Assembly: GCA_015680685.1 (NCBI GenBank)
Contig: MNCI01000474.1
Coordinates: forward strand, 139,483 to 196,098
Length of the DNA: 56,616 bases
From: Gnetum montanum
Taxonomy: Eukaryota > Plantae > Gnetophyta
Reading direction: 5' to 3'
In this document: piece after piece, positions 13,165-24,665 of the stretch
How positions within the stretch are numbered: the stretch's first letter is position 1
How the letters are laid out: the number at the start of each line of letters is the position of its first letter
Notes under the pieces: model-generated
Told to the model about the DNA's origin: nothing
Databases searched by the model: none
The model's input: the letters and a program-made list of their open reading frames with translations, nothing else
Made by a program: the position numbers and the translations under genes

Positions 13165-15830
13165 AATAAAAATGAGCTTTATTCATCACATAAACATTTG
13201 ACTCTCCATCAATCAAATAGTTTAAGGCTATGAATTCATGGAAATACTCTAATAGACTCTCACTACATAGTAAAGAAATAACTCAAAAATACAAAAGAAA
13301 ATAAATTTCATACTTACCCAAGGAAGGAGATGAAGCTCTTACATCAACGAAAAGATTGAAAAGGAAAGATAATTCTAGGCTTTCCCTCTTGGGTATTTAT
13401 AGTTTTTGGCTTTATAACTAAAGTGTTTTGATGTTGTACTAGATGTGATGTCATACTAGGTATGGTAGCATGCAAAGTGTGGTGCCTTACTAGATGTGGT
13501 AGCATAACAGTTATAGCATCACATTGGGTGAGGTTGCGCACCAAGTATACATTAGTGTACTTTTGAAATAAGTCCAAACTATAAGTTTAAATGCACATAA
13601 ATAAATCCATGCATAAGGACTTACAAAGAGATATAAAATTAATATTGAATACCTCATCATTTCTCCATGACTAAATTAAGTTGGTTCCTTAGCTTATAAT
13701 AATAAAAATTGGACTATGCATGAGTTAACTTATATTCAACATATAGGAGTTATAATAAGATATAACAAAAAATACAACATAAAGTTACCATCTCAAGAAG
13801 ACGCACCAAATGGTGGTGACTATGATGAAATAACTTGTGACATGCTTGATGTGTACTAAGGATATGAGAGATATCTCTAGAATTTCTCTTCTAATCTCTT
13901 TTCACTCAAAAAATCCTAATTTGGTTCCACATTAGTCCTCACTCTCATAGGTGTGCCTACCGTAGTTACTTGATGTCCAGTTTACCTTAATCATGATACA
14001 AACTTGCTTGGATAAGCTCATGTTATATGAGTTCCAGCCATCTTTTAAACATCCTCCAAATTAATGTTATCTATGAATTAATCATTTATCTTTTCTTCTA
14101 GTGATCATTTGTATGCATGTTCTTGACTTAGTATTTGAGGAATGAGATTTGTGACCTCTAGATCTTCTTAGTTATAGATGTTTTACTAGATTAGGTTTAA
14201 TTAGTGATTTGAGCAATCCTTGTCTTTTAGCCGATTTCATCAAGAAGACTTAAGATTCTTTAAGTTTATGTAGTTTTGACCTTTGATGCATGGAACATAA
14301 TTACTAGAATTTGGGACTCTATGAAAAATGCCAAAAATCATGTAAGTTCCTTGAGATTCTATACCTTCATTGTAAAAAATGCTAGTAGGAATGATGAAAA
14401 ATATAATATTCAAGGATAAGATGTGAAATATTATCATAGTTAAGATTTTAATGAATGTAGGTATGGAAAATGTGATAGGAAAATTTTTAAAAAGTATACT
14501 TGGTTTTGTGCCTCTTCCACGTGAATGAGGTTGAAGACCCTAGGCTCGAAGCAAGGAAAATACATATTACCACCAATGAAAAGGACACAATGATGAAATA
14601 AATCATGAATTTGGTTGCTTGGGTAAGCAAAGATTTTAGAAAAGAGAGAAAATGATGAGAAAATAGGAAAAATTATTTTTATTTATTAATTATTTTTAAT
14701 AATAATTATTAATTATTTAATCTTAGTTAATATATCATCATCATCATTATTATTATATATAAATAAAATAGAAAACATGTGGAAACCACTTATGACATAT
14801 AAAGAGGTGTTATGATGATTGTATGTGTTAGATAGATAATATAAAGGTAGCTGCTACAGTATTGATGTTTGCATCTAGTATTGTGGATTAGTGTTTTTTT
14901 GTGTGGATTGTATGAATGCTAACTATGGCTTAAAAAATAGATGTTGCTGTTATATTTAAGGTTGTAGATTTCGCTATGGAATTTGATTGCTATAGATGTT
15001 GTTATGAAATTACCTATAGTTGTCTTTGAGTAAGAATGAAATTTTGAGAAAAAGTTTTGCTTGAAGTGTTATTCATTAATCTATTGATGAAGAATCTAGT
15101 GGTAACTTATATATTAATTATAAGTCTTAAATTTAGAAAGTATTTCATGTTCCCTATGTTTGTAGTCTAGCATGTTCGACTTAGATTCTTGGTCTTCCAA
15201 GATGCATCCTTGCCTCTAGTATCAGACATTAAGATTATATTCATGATCTCAAGGTCATTAGGATAATATTAGCCTCATTTAGATGCCCTATGGTCCTTTT
15301 ACCATGCTCCCTTAAGTTCTAGCTTTCATCTGAGATGGGTGATACAAAGTGTTGTTTTGGACAAGTGGGAGGGGCAGGGGGTGTGTGGTGTGGGTGTCAG
15401 TGTGGAGTGGGGGAGGAGGGATGCACTAACTTCCCTACATTAGCTTAGTATGATAGGAATTTAGTTAAGCTACATTGATGAATCTCCATTGACACCTAGA
15501 CATTGACAAATCTCCTTTGTTTTCTTGGAAAAACTGTAAATACTTGGGATAAGTTCTTAATCATATGATTAGCATCCTTAGACATTTCTTAAAGCTTGCG
15601 ATGTCTAGTTTGTATGAAGAGTTCTTCCTCCCTTAGGTAAGTTGATTTCTTTTCTTGTTTATGTGTATCTTTTAAGTTATCACTTTCACCAGTATGGCTA
15701 GATTCTATGAGACTGCTACCTTACTTATGTAGCCATGAGACTGTTAAGTGCAATTGAGGCATATGATTTGTTTGATCAATGTGGCATCTAGTCTTTGTGC
15801 AGTGAATAAAGATCATGATTTTTTCTCTTA
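13165..15830. repeat. Pair of diverged inverted homologous fragments (about 13165-13345 and 15605-15830), probably old LTR remnants
   Basis: Reverse complement of tacttacccaaggaaggagatgaagctcttacatcaac resembles gtttgtatgaagagttcttcctcccttaggtaagttg; similarity extends to the gtgatgaataaagctcat / gcagtgaataaagatcat block. Confidence 0.45.
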
Positions 15831-16351
15831 TTTTATTATTGATGCCTTAAAAATTAAAAATAATAAAAATGTTAATCGAATTTATTTTTTATAAATTTGC
15901 GATGATTCAATACTTATCTAAGGAGATAACAACTATATGGCATGGTGTTGGACCATTGAGGTTGTAATTGAGAGCCAATTTTATTGCATTTCATGTGTGG
16001 TGTTACACCTGTCTTCAAGAGGAATTGCAACATAAGCATTATGTCTATCCTTAAGAAGGATTGTGATGCATATGTGTCTATGTTTATTTTGTTTCTTATA
16101 AATACAAAATGCATACAAATTAACAAATATAAAATTATAAATATTTTCTTAACCTCTTACTGTGGCAACATGGATTTCCATTTGTATAATATGTATTATA
16201 ATCTCTTTTATATTTCTTTAATGCAAGAGTATAAATGAGTATTCTTGGTAATCTATTCAACATCATCTTCAAAGCTTACAACTAGAGTACATTGCATTTT
16301 GTATGATAAACCCCATTAGTCCAAAACCAGCAGAACCCCTATCATTGGTAC

Positions 16352-17262
16352 TGATGAGTAGCAAGTAGACCCTATGCATGGCCATACGAATCACTAAGTG
16401 TTCATGTGCGATTCGGTTGAATTCCATGGAGTTATAGCCTTATAAGTATGCTGGTCTTTAGGAACTGAAACTAACTATCGCAATTGTTGTCTTCCAAATT
16501 ACACTTGTGTAATACAAAGGTATGGTTAAGTGCAATTGAGGCATATGATTTTTGTCATTTTTATGTTTTATGTTCTAAGTCCTCTAAGAATAAAGAATAG
16601 AGAATTAAAGATATTTAATTGCTAATTTAATCTAACTAGCTAATGTTTAACTAATCCTAACATAAGCATCCATTTCCACTTGCCATACACATCTTGAACA
16701 CATATAACGTTATTGGGTTACCAAACATTAAGCGTTATTGGGATTACCTAGTACCAAGTGTATGGTTGAAGTGGTTGTAGTTATGTGCTTAATTTATCGC
16801 TATTTAATCTAGCTTAATTTATTACATAATTAATTTTTTAATTACTTAAAGCATTAAAGGAAATTGCATAAAATACTAAATGCATAAAGGAAATAATTAA
16901 TCTATTTCAAAATGTTACAAGGTTTCTTAGAAAGCTCATCTTTATTATTGCACACACTACTGTGCTCAGGTACAATAGTGCACAAATAAAGATTCATACA
17001 CACTTTGACTCCTACTATAGGCATTTAGACAAATATTCTAACTTTTAAATAAGAAAACTACAAGAGCTGCACTACAACTATGAGACTTATGCCATAAATG
17101 TGGCTGGTGAACACATATTTATAGGAGAAAATAGATACTACATTTACGGGGCCATGTCAATGCATCAAATCCCATGTTGACGCAATTGCATTGACAAGGT
17201 CTTGTCGATGGGGCCTTATTGACAGGGTCGCATTAATGAGGCCTTATCGATGTGATTCATCA
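16352..17262 (-). repeat. 3' LTR of a second, more diverged Athila-like element (911 bp)
   Basis: Starts TGATGAGTAGCAAG, colinear with 1751-2731 (ccatacgaa, tatggttaag, cccacttaccatacac, ctcaggtacaat, gactcctact); ends TTCATCA. Confidence 0.85.
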
Positions 17263-17296
17263 TACTCCCATGATTGAATGAAAACTCATCCTCAAG
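17263..17296 (-). promoter_or_regulatory. PPT-like pre-LTR motif
   Basis: Minus strand CTTGAGGATGAGTTTTCATTCAATCATGGGAGTA directly before the LTR TG; resembles the Athila TTGAGGAC...AAGTTTGGGGG junction. Confidence 0.55.
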
Positions 17297-17522
17297 TGAA
17301 GAACAAAAGGAGGAACAAGTTTCTTACAAAATATTTGGGAATATATGGGATTATTGACACACAAAACAAAACATGAACAACAAGACAAAAACTAAGTGCT
17401 CGAGTGTATGGTTACAATAATTACATAACTCGGTGTTCAAGAAAAAAAATTAAACACCAAGATAAAATTGACAAACACAACTCCTCTGACAGCATGAAGA
17501 TAATGAAGAAGCTCAAATAGTC

Positions 17523-20348
17523 CTAGGTGGTGGAGGTTCTTGAGGCTTCAAAGGACCTTCTTCTACTTTAGGTGCATGTGATGGTTAAGGTTGTTGTGGT
17601 TGACTTGCATTAGTTGCAACTTCTGGTGGAAGACGGATGATGTCCAATAGTGTCTTCATCTTCTCCTCCTTATCCCTGAGATCATGCACAATCCACATAG
17701 CATCACCAATGTGGATTGGCATGGGAACATCCCAAGGACAAGGCATTTCTTGGAATGGCTCTTTCATGTTGAAAAACTAGACAATGAAAATTTTTCCTTT
17801 AACATCGAATGCCTTGAGACATTCTACAACTCCTAGTAGCCATTCATCCTTTTGGACAAGTTCTCAGTAGTTGATCTTTGAATGATAAATCATGCCCTAA
17901 GAACCTTGAGTTCAACATTAGCAATCTCAAGCTTTTGCTTAGTCTCCTTATGGGTTTTGATCTTTGCCTCATATAGTAAGTACAAGCTGGTCACTTGCTT
18001 CTCCAAGTCTAACCATGGTCGTTCGGTACTCAAAATTGTTCGGTTTGCATAATGGAGATTGGAAAGCCACATATGCTCCATCATCTCCTCTATCTATAGC
18101 TTCTTCATGTAGATTTCTACTTTGTTGTAGTCATTGAGCCCATCAAAGATAGGCTACTAGACATCACCTTTTTCTTTGAGTTATTGGATGGTCTTATTGA
18201 CTTTTGCATTCTCTATTTGGATGTGTTTTTCATTGATTTATTTTTGTAGACTAATCGAATATCTATAGTTATTTTTGACTCTTAAATTTGAGAGCCTCAT
18301 TTTTCCAAGTGGCTATCTCTATCATAGATTTTTGGTGAAGAGCTTGGACTTCCTGCATGGAAAAATTTCTATTTTTGGCTAGAAATCTCCTTAGGTCAAT
18401 CTTCACTCTCGCTTACTTCTCATATTATTGATGAACAAAATTTTCCATCTATTTCTTTTGAGGATTCTTTGTAGTTAAAAGCACATTCTCCTAGCAAGTA
18501 TAGTCTAAGGCCTTTTAAATATTATGCATTGTGACATTGGAAGAATACTAATCAAAGACCACTGTCTCCTTGGCATCCTCAACCTTTTTGAGCTTCTCCT
18601 AAAGTTTGAAAGCTTCATCATGTGTTAATGTAGGGTTGAGAAACACAGGATCAGCAAGTTAGGCTCTTAATTTAGCAACTTTCGTAGCCAAGCTTTAGTT
18701 TTGTGTTTGGGCTATTTCAAGTTTCCCCTCTATTATAATGCACTTTCCTTTTTCTTATAATAGCTTTGACTAGGTTGTAGTGATTATATCTGAAAGATCC
18801 AAGATATTTAGAATCAATTTCCTAGTTCCCACTAGTTGATTCAGCAACTCCTCATGTTGGGCTATGCTTAATTTGTTGCTAACTATTCTTGTGGATGTCT
18901 ACATATATTTGAGTGCAGACACATATGGTACAAACATTGTAGGTGCATTCAACGCTTTGGTAATTCTATGAACAACCACTTCTACAACTATCTCTTAGAC
19001 ATGGTGATGCATCACCAAGATAGTTATACCCTCATCTTCCTCCAGACATACCGAAAAAGTAGCAGCATTCCCAAAGATTTTTTGGAATTGCTATTACTAC
19101 AAGAGAGATACTGTTATCTCTTAGGTGTCAAAACTCAATCTTGTGAGTAGCTACGTTCTTTGGGTTGAGAAAATTGATCCACCTCCTTCCATCTAATTGA
19201 TGGTTCAAGCCACTTCGTTGAGGTGACTCATCGCTGGGCAATACATAGATGGGTTACCACCACTTGTGGCTATTTTTTACTCTTGCTCTTATAAGAGTTA
19301 CTCTCAGATCTCGTGCATGTGCTCAAGGGTAGCACGGGCCTCTGACATTGTTTCATAAGTGGGTGGTGGAGGTGGTGATTCTTGTTCCTCTTCTTTGATC
19401 ACATCAAGGATTTTATCCTTCATCATTTCTTTCTAAGAGACAATAGGAGCATGCTTGATTATGTCATTAACGTAGTGAACTATCCCTACTCTTTTGCATA
19501 GTTTACAAATAAGACATGGAAAGGGTAGGGCCTTCCTTCCATGTTTATTTTCCTTAAATCACTTCTCTACCTCTAGATAGATTAGATGTGGAAGGTTCAC
19601 AGGGAATTTTCCACTTAGAGCAAAACACCCATGGATGGAGAAAGCAGTCACCTTGCTAAGTCTCATTATTGGATTGAGGTGATATGTTGCTATCTTGAAA
19701 TATACATGCTCCATAGGGGTTAGTGCACAAAGCTCCTTGTGGTCCACTCCATAACACCACTGGTCCACTCCTTCTTTGCCTCTAGGTTTGCTTGTGTGGA
19801 GATCTTTGCCTTATTTGTTCCAATATCAAGCAACCTAAGGGCTTGTGCAATGGCTTCCACTGAGTAGGACATCTGAATGTCATTGATCTTCCTAGTGGCT
19901 TTTCCCTTACTACCATTCCAAAAAATATATGTCTCTTCCATGTACCATTCTCCAATGGAAGTCATGATTGGCCAAATGGGAGAGTTTTCCAACTATGTCT
20001 TGACTTTTGCTGGAGCATGTTTGAAGAATGGTCCAAGGTTCAGTTCTTAGAGAATTGAATGTTAGATGTCATGAAGCTTGATTTGGTTAAGGCAGGCTTG
20101 AGTCAATGTGACCTCAAGTCTTGGCATTGGTGCTAGTACCTCATCTCGATGGGATTGTTTAGTTATGATCACTTCTTTGGGAATTTGTTAGATAAATTCC
20201 ACTTTGAGCTCCTCCTGAAGAGGTTTTGTTGCATGAGTTCTTGTTGCATGTTCTTGGGCTTGTTCTTATTGATCTCTTCCAACTATAGATCATTTGTTTC
20301 TTAGTTGGGATGATTTGTCTTCTTGTGGGTGTTTCGGTCTAGAAACAT
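17523..20348 (-). pseudogene. Degenerate Athila env-like (ORF2) protein with coiled-coil C-terminus
   Basis: Fragments ...MSYSVEAIAQALRL..., ...FPVNLPHLIYLEV..., ALPFPCLICKL (about 19497-19531); K/E/Q-rich helical fragments at 17600-18800; located just upstream of the PPT and 3' LTR. Confidence 0.7.
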
Positions 20349-20977
20349 GACCAAAGATTATTACTTAATGTGTAACTTTAAGACATTTGGAATACCTTAT
20401 CTCTTGGGTTAGTTGCACTTGGCTAAGTTTTGATAATGACCAGTTTGATTATTTTAATATTACTTAATTAAATAGGCTACTGGAGTGTGTTGGAAGGGTT
20501 TAACTCTCATTACTTAGTATTTTAATATTATTGATTAATTAAATTCATGGGGGAGTTAGAAAATTTTTAAAAAATTTGGTCATTGAAAATGTAATTTGAA
20601 AAGTCAAGGATTGAATCCGCAAGAACGAAGTGAAGCTGCAGGACTAAAGAATGGAATGTAAAGTTTGGTAATTGATTAATGGTTATGAAAAGTCAAGGAT
20701 TGAATCTACAAGAATTCATTTAGAATTTTAACATATCAAACTAAGACATTCAGCAAAACATGAAAACCAATAGTGAGGTGAGTTATGAAAAGCATTGATG
20801 GATGAGAGAAGAAGTGGAACAAAATTCCTAATCATGGTCACATGAAGTCCTTGTGTATTTTATTGTTAAATGATCCAATAAAGTCCATTCTTAGTCTAGA
20901 TCAAAACCAACCAATTTCAGTGACTTCACATCACTACTCTAAGACCAAAAAACCCCCTCAAAACACAAGAATGTTCC

Positions 20978-22852
20978 TGTGATGTTCGAAAATGTTGATG
21001 GCTAGAACATTGAGAGGTCCACAAGCATATAGCCTAACCCCAAATCTGTACGAGGGTTGTGCTTGGAGAAATAGAAACAAGGTGCCTTGAGTAGTCTAGT
21101 CGATTAGATAGGAACTTACATGGTGTAACAATAGCCATTTGAAAAAATATTTTTTAATGAGCTTCGTGTAGGATTTAGGACAACAATCAAGAACATAATG
21201 TAATGTAATGTGAATATGCAAATGTGTATTAATAGTAGAAGAAAGCACAAGAGTAATGCTAAGAACTTTGAAATAAATGTTAAGAATATAGAACTAGAGT
21301 TTGAAGGTAGAGAAATGCACCACTCGAAGATTAGGGAGTGTAACTTTTGATTGAATAATGTTTGAAGCTGGTATGCAACATTCAGACAAGCATAGCGGTG
21401 CGGTCATAGTCTCTTGGACATCATAGACGTGGTGCTGGTAGCTGCAAAAGAGGCTAAGCCTACTGGGTTTGCAGTTGTCACGTTGTGTGGGTGTAAGGAA
21501 GACTGTGTCATGGTACTTGGCAAGGTGTCAAGCTCAGGTGCTCAGGTGTAGGAGTAGTGAAGATGCTAGGAGTGCCCCAATGCTTGATGCTTAAAATGAT
21601 TTGCCAACCAATCCTTAAAATGCTGCTTATTAGGGTATTTATAGGGCTAGGATTGACGTGAGATGTAGATTGGGTGCCATGTGGCCTAGTTCCCACATAG
21701 CATGGGCATGGACAAGTCACATTGACATGTTATGCTTGAAATGTCGAGCTCCAAGTGTTAAGCTCAAAGTGTTATGCTTTGCAGGATAGGAATGGGAACA
21801 CTTAGAAACTACCAAACTGTGACCACATTACCTAGATTGCATGTGCTGAAGTCTGATAGACCATCATGTACTTACAAACAATGCCAAAAAAAATGCAACT
21901 TAGAGTCTACACTTTGGGACTATGTCTTCCCCCTCATCCAAGTAGGGTCAAGCATAGGGACAATTTTGGGGATCAATGGGGGGTGGAAAAGCAAGGCAGA
22001 CTACTGATCTTGGCTGCTGAAGGGACGTTGGAGCTAAAACGAAGGTTGATGCTAAGTTCTAGAAGCTTATAGAGGCATTCAAAGGAATTTTCCATATGTC
22101 ATGCTATCTACGTTGCACAATGTGAGAAAGCATAGCGTGAACACTTAGAAATTTTTTTGCAGATTTTGACTTGTCACGCTATCTATGTTGCACAGCGTAG
22201 CACTAGTACTTTGATGAATTTTGCTAAAATTTGTAATGTTTCTTCATGACACGTTGATCACATTTTGAGGTGTAGTAGGGTAGGTAGCCTCAGAAGTCAA
22301 AAAATTGCCAAGTGCATCTTTCATGTCGAGATAGCTTGACAGATCCTTGTCCAACACTTAGACATAATTTGGCCCTGAAACTTGTATCAAGTTGCCTATG
22401 CTGTGTAGCATAGCAGAGTGTAATAGCTTGAAAGATAGAAAATTTGCCAAACTATTTCTTCTATTCCGAGCACCTTTGACAGCCTCTAGCCTAGTGCTTG
22501 GGTGAACTGGCAACCAGGACATGTGTCAAGCTGGGCAAGCTGGGGAGCATAGTGAGCTTGATAGTCTAGGAGATAGAAAATTTGCCAAACTATTTGGTCC
22601 ATCCAAAGTGACCTTTGACTACTTTTGGCTTGACATTTTTGCAAGCTGGCCATGGACATGTGTGCTATGCTAGCTGTGTTGAGGAGCATAACAGGCAGAC
22701 TTAGAAAAATTTTGCAAAAATTAGGACTTCAATTGTGCTACATTGTCTATGTTGCACAACGTGACACCAGACTTAGAAATCTTTTGCCCAAGTTTTGACA
22801 CTTAGAAAAATCTACCATTGATTTACAAGAGCCCGAAATTGGTGGTGTTTCA
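20978..22852 (-). repeat. 3' LTR of T1 (1875 bp)
   Basis: TGTGA...GTTTCA termini; direct repeat of 38156-40044; CCTATAAATACCC on the minus strand near 21633-21645. Confidence 0.93.
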
Positions 22853-22868
22853 TTGGTCCCTCTTTGTT
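22853..22868 (-). promoter_or_regulatory. Polypurine tract of T1
   Basis: Minus strand AACAAAGAGGGACCAA immediately before the 3' LTR. Confidence 0.7.
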
Positions 22869-24379
22869 GATGTTTGGAGGATTGACTTGAGAGACATTGA
22901 CAAATAATACAAAATATCATGATAAACATGACACCAACATCATTTTTTAGTGCCCACTTGGACGACACTTTACTATGCTTGAGAGTGCCAAGGGAATGAG
23001 GTGTGATAGGAAATAGTTTAGGGAGATGGGTCAAGGGACAATGGATGGAGAGGAAAACTATGGGATGCAATGTCATGATGGTGTGTTGCCATAGCATGAT
23101 CCCTCATTGGAGTGCTTGTGAGGGAGTCAGCATGAGGAGGTGGCCTATCCTTTGGATTTTGACCTCTTGTCGAAGTGCTTGTGAGATGGTCAATCTAGGG
23201 CTGGACTGGTTATAAGATGGAAATTGTGCCATTTGACTTGGGCACTTGGCTTATCCCATTTTCCTTTGATTTTTTATCTTCTTCTTCTTTTTTTATCTAT
23301 ATATATTCTATTTTCTTTCTTTCTTTTGTATTGCTAGGTGAACTGTGCACCAACATTTGCTTAGAGGCAACTGCATCACATTTGTAGGATAGGTGTTTCC
23401 TCCCTGGGATGAGTTGTGTTACATCCCTAGGAGGTTTTGACCAGTGTGCAAAGGCTTCCCATGGGATGAATTATGTTACATTTGTCATGGGTTCAGTAGC
23501 TAACTGCAAGAAAGGTTTCATATGTAGTGGGGAAGTTTGCAAGGGATGTGAGAGATTGCAAGATCAAGAGGTAGAGGTTAGTTTGGCTAAGGGGATAGTA
23601 GGGATGTACACTCTTAAGAAGCCAGGCGAGTCGAGGTAGACACATCGGAACAATGCGGTGCCTTGCTATCATGATGAAATGCATCCTTGAACGGTGCCAC
23701 CCAAGCTTCATCCTGCAAACGCAATATAGAGAAAATAAGAAAAACAACCACCACATGAGATAAGGGCAAAGTCCTGCTTGCCAAGGGCATTGTGAGGGCT
23801 ACAAGTGCTGCGTTAGTTACATGCAATGTCCAAAGTAGGAAGGCCAGTGTAGGCATTAGCAGCAGTAGGCTGGAAAGGTTTAGTAGCCACACTAAAAGTG
23901 AGCACTCAAGTGGCTAGAGGTAATGGCGATGCAAGTGCTTAGAAGTTCTTACCAAAGGTAGGAGCTAGGAAACCTAGAAACATGGTAGTGAACTGCACTA
24001 TTGGATGTTCTTCCAGGCTCAGGCGATGGCGAGGGTTGGAGGATGGCAGTGTTGTGGTTTGGCCACAATACTGCTAGGACTCCAACGAGTGCTACTGATG
24101 GTGAGAGCTACGACCAAAATGATTGGTGGTGGTAACGGTAGGTTCGAAAGGTCAACAAGATGCTAAATGACATCTCTGGAAGATTAATAAGATGTCAGGA
24201 ATAGTGATGTTGCAAATTTCATAGAGGGTTTTTCCTTGATGATGTGAACTTCATTCTGGAACTACAACATCCCATCCCATCTTGCTCGAGAGGTGTGGGT
24301 AGGTGACAGAAGATTGGAAGTATTCTCGCTAGCTTGTCCGTAGAACTATGCATGTTGATCTATAGGTGTTGAACTATGA

Positions 24380-24625
24380 ACCTAGTTTTAGATCTTGGTA
24401 GAATACCTGTTGTGCTAGTTTAAGGTCCTAGCAGACTGTGATTCCAGCTTAAGATCTGGGTGGATCATGATGTGCAAGTTTAAGGCCTTAGTAGACACTG
24501 CACTAGTTTAACATCATAGCAGATAGTGGATGGCTAGTTTAAGATCATAGCAGACCATGTTGTGGGTGCTAGTTTAATGTCATAGCCTAAGGATGTTCTA
24601 TGCCAGTTTAACATCATAGTGGACA
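24380..24625. repeat. Degenerate tandem array in the T1 3' UTR (about 8 units, about 30-bp period)
   Basis: Repeated ctagtttaa(g/c)(a/g)tcatagcagac just downstream of the INT stop. Confidence 0.85.
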
Positions 24626-24665
24626 TCTACTTACCTTGCTCCTATCATTGGTGCAATACTGCATG

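Noticed and set aside
13165-15830. Inverted pair interpreted as terminal inverted repeats of a DNA transposon
   Set aside because: Similarity is low, no sharp termini or TSD were found, and there is no transposase remnant between them.
12665-16238. Short hydrophobic ORFs in AT-rich DNA as possible host genes
   Set aside because: Composition-driven (I/F/L/K/N-rich), with no recognisable domain or coherent exon chain.
21508-22072. Small ORFs that recur at 38698-39189
   Set aside because: They lie inside the two LTRs of one element, so recurrence reflects LTR identity rather than coding constraint.
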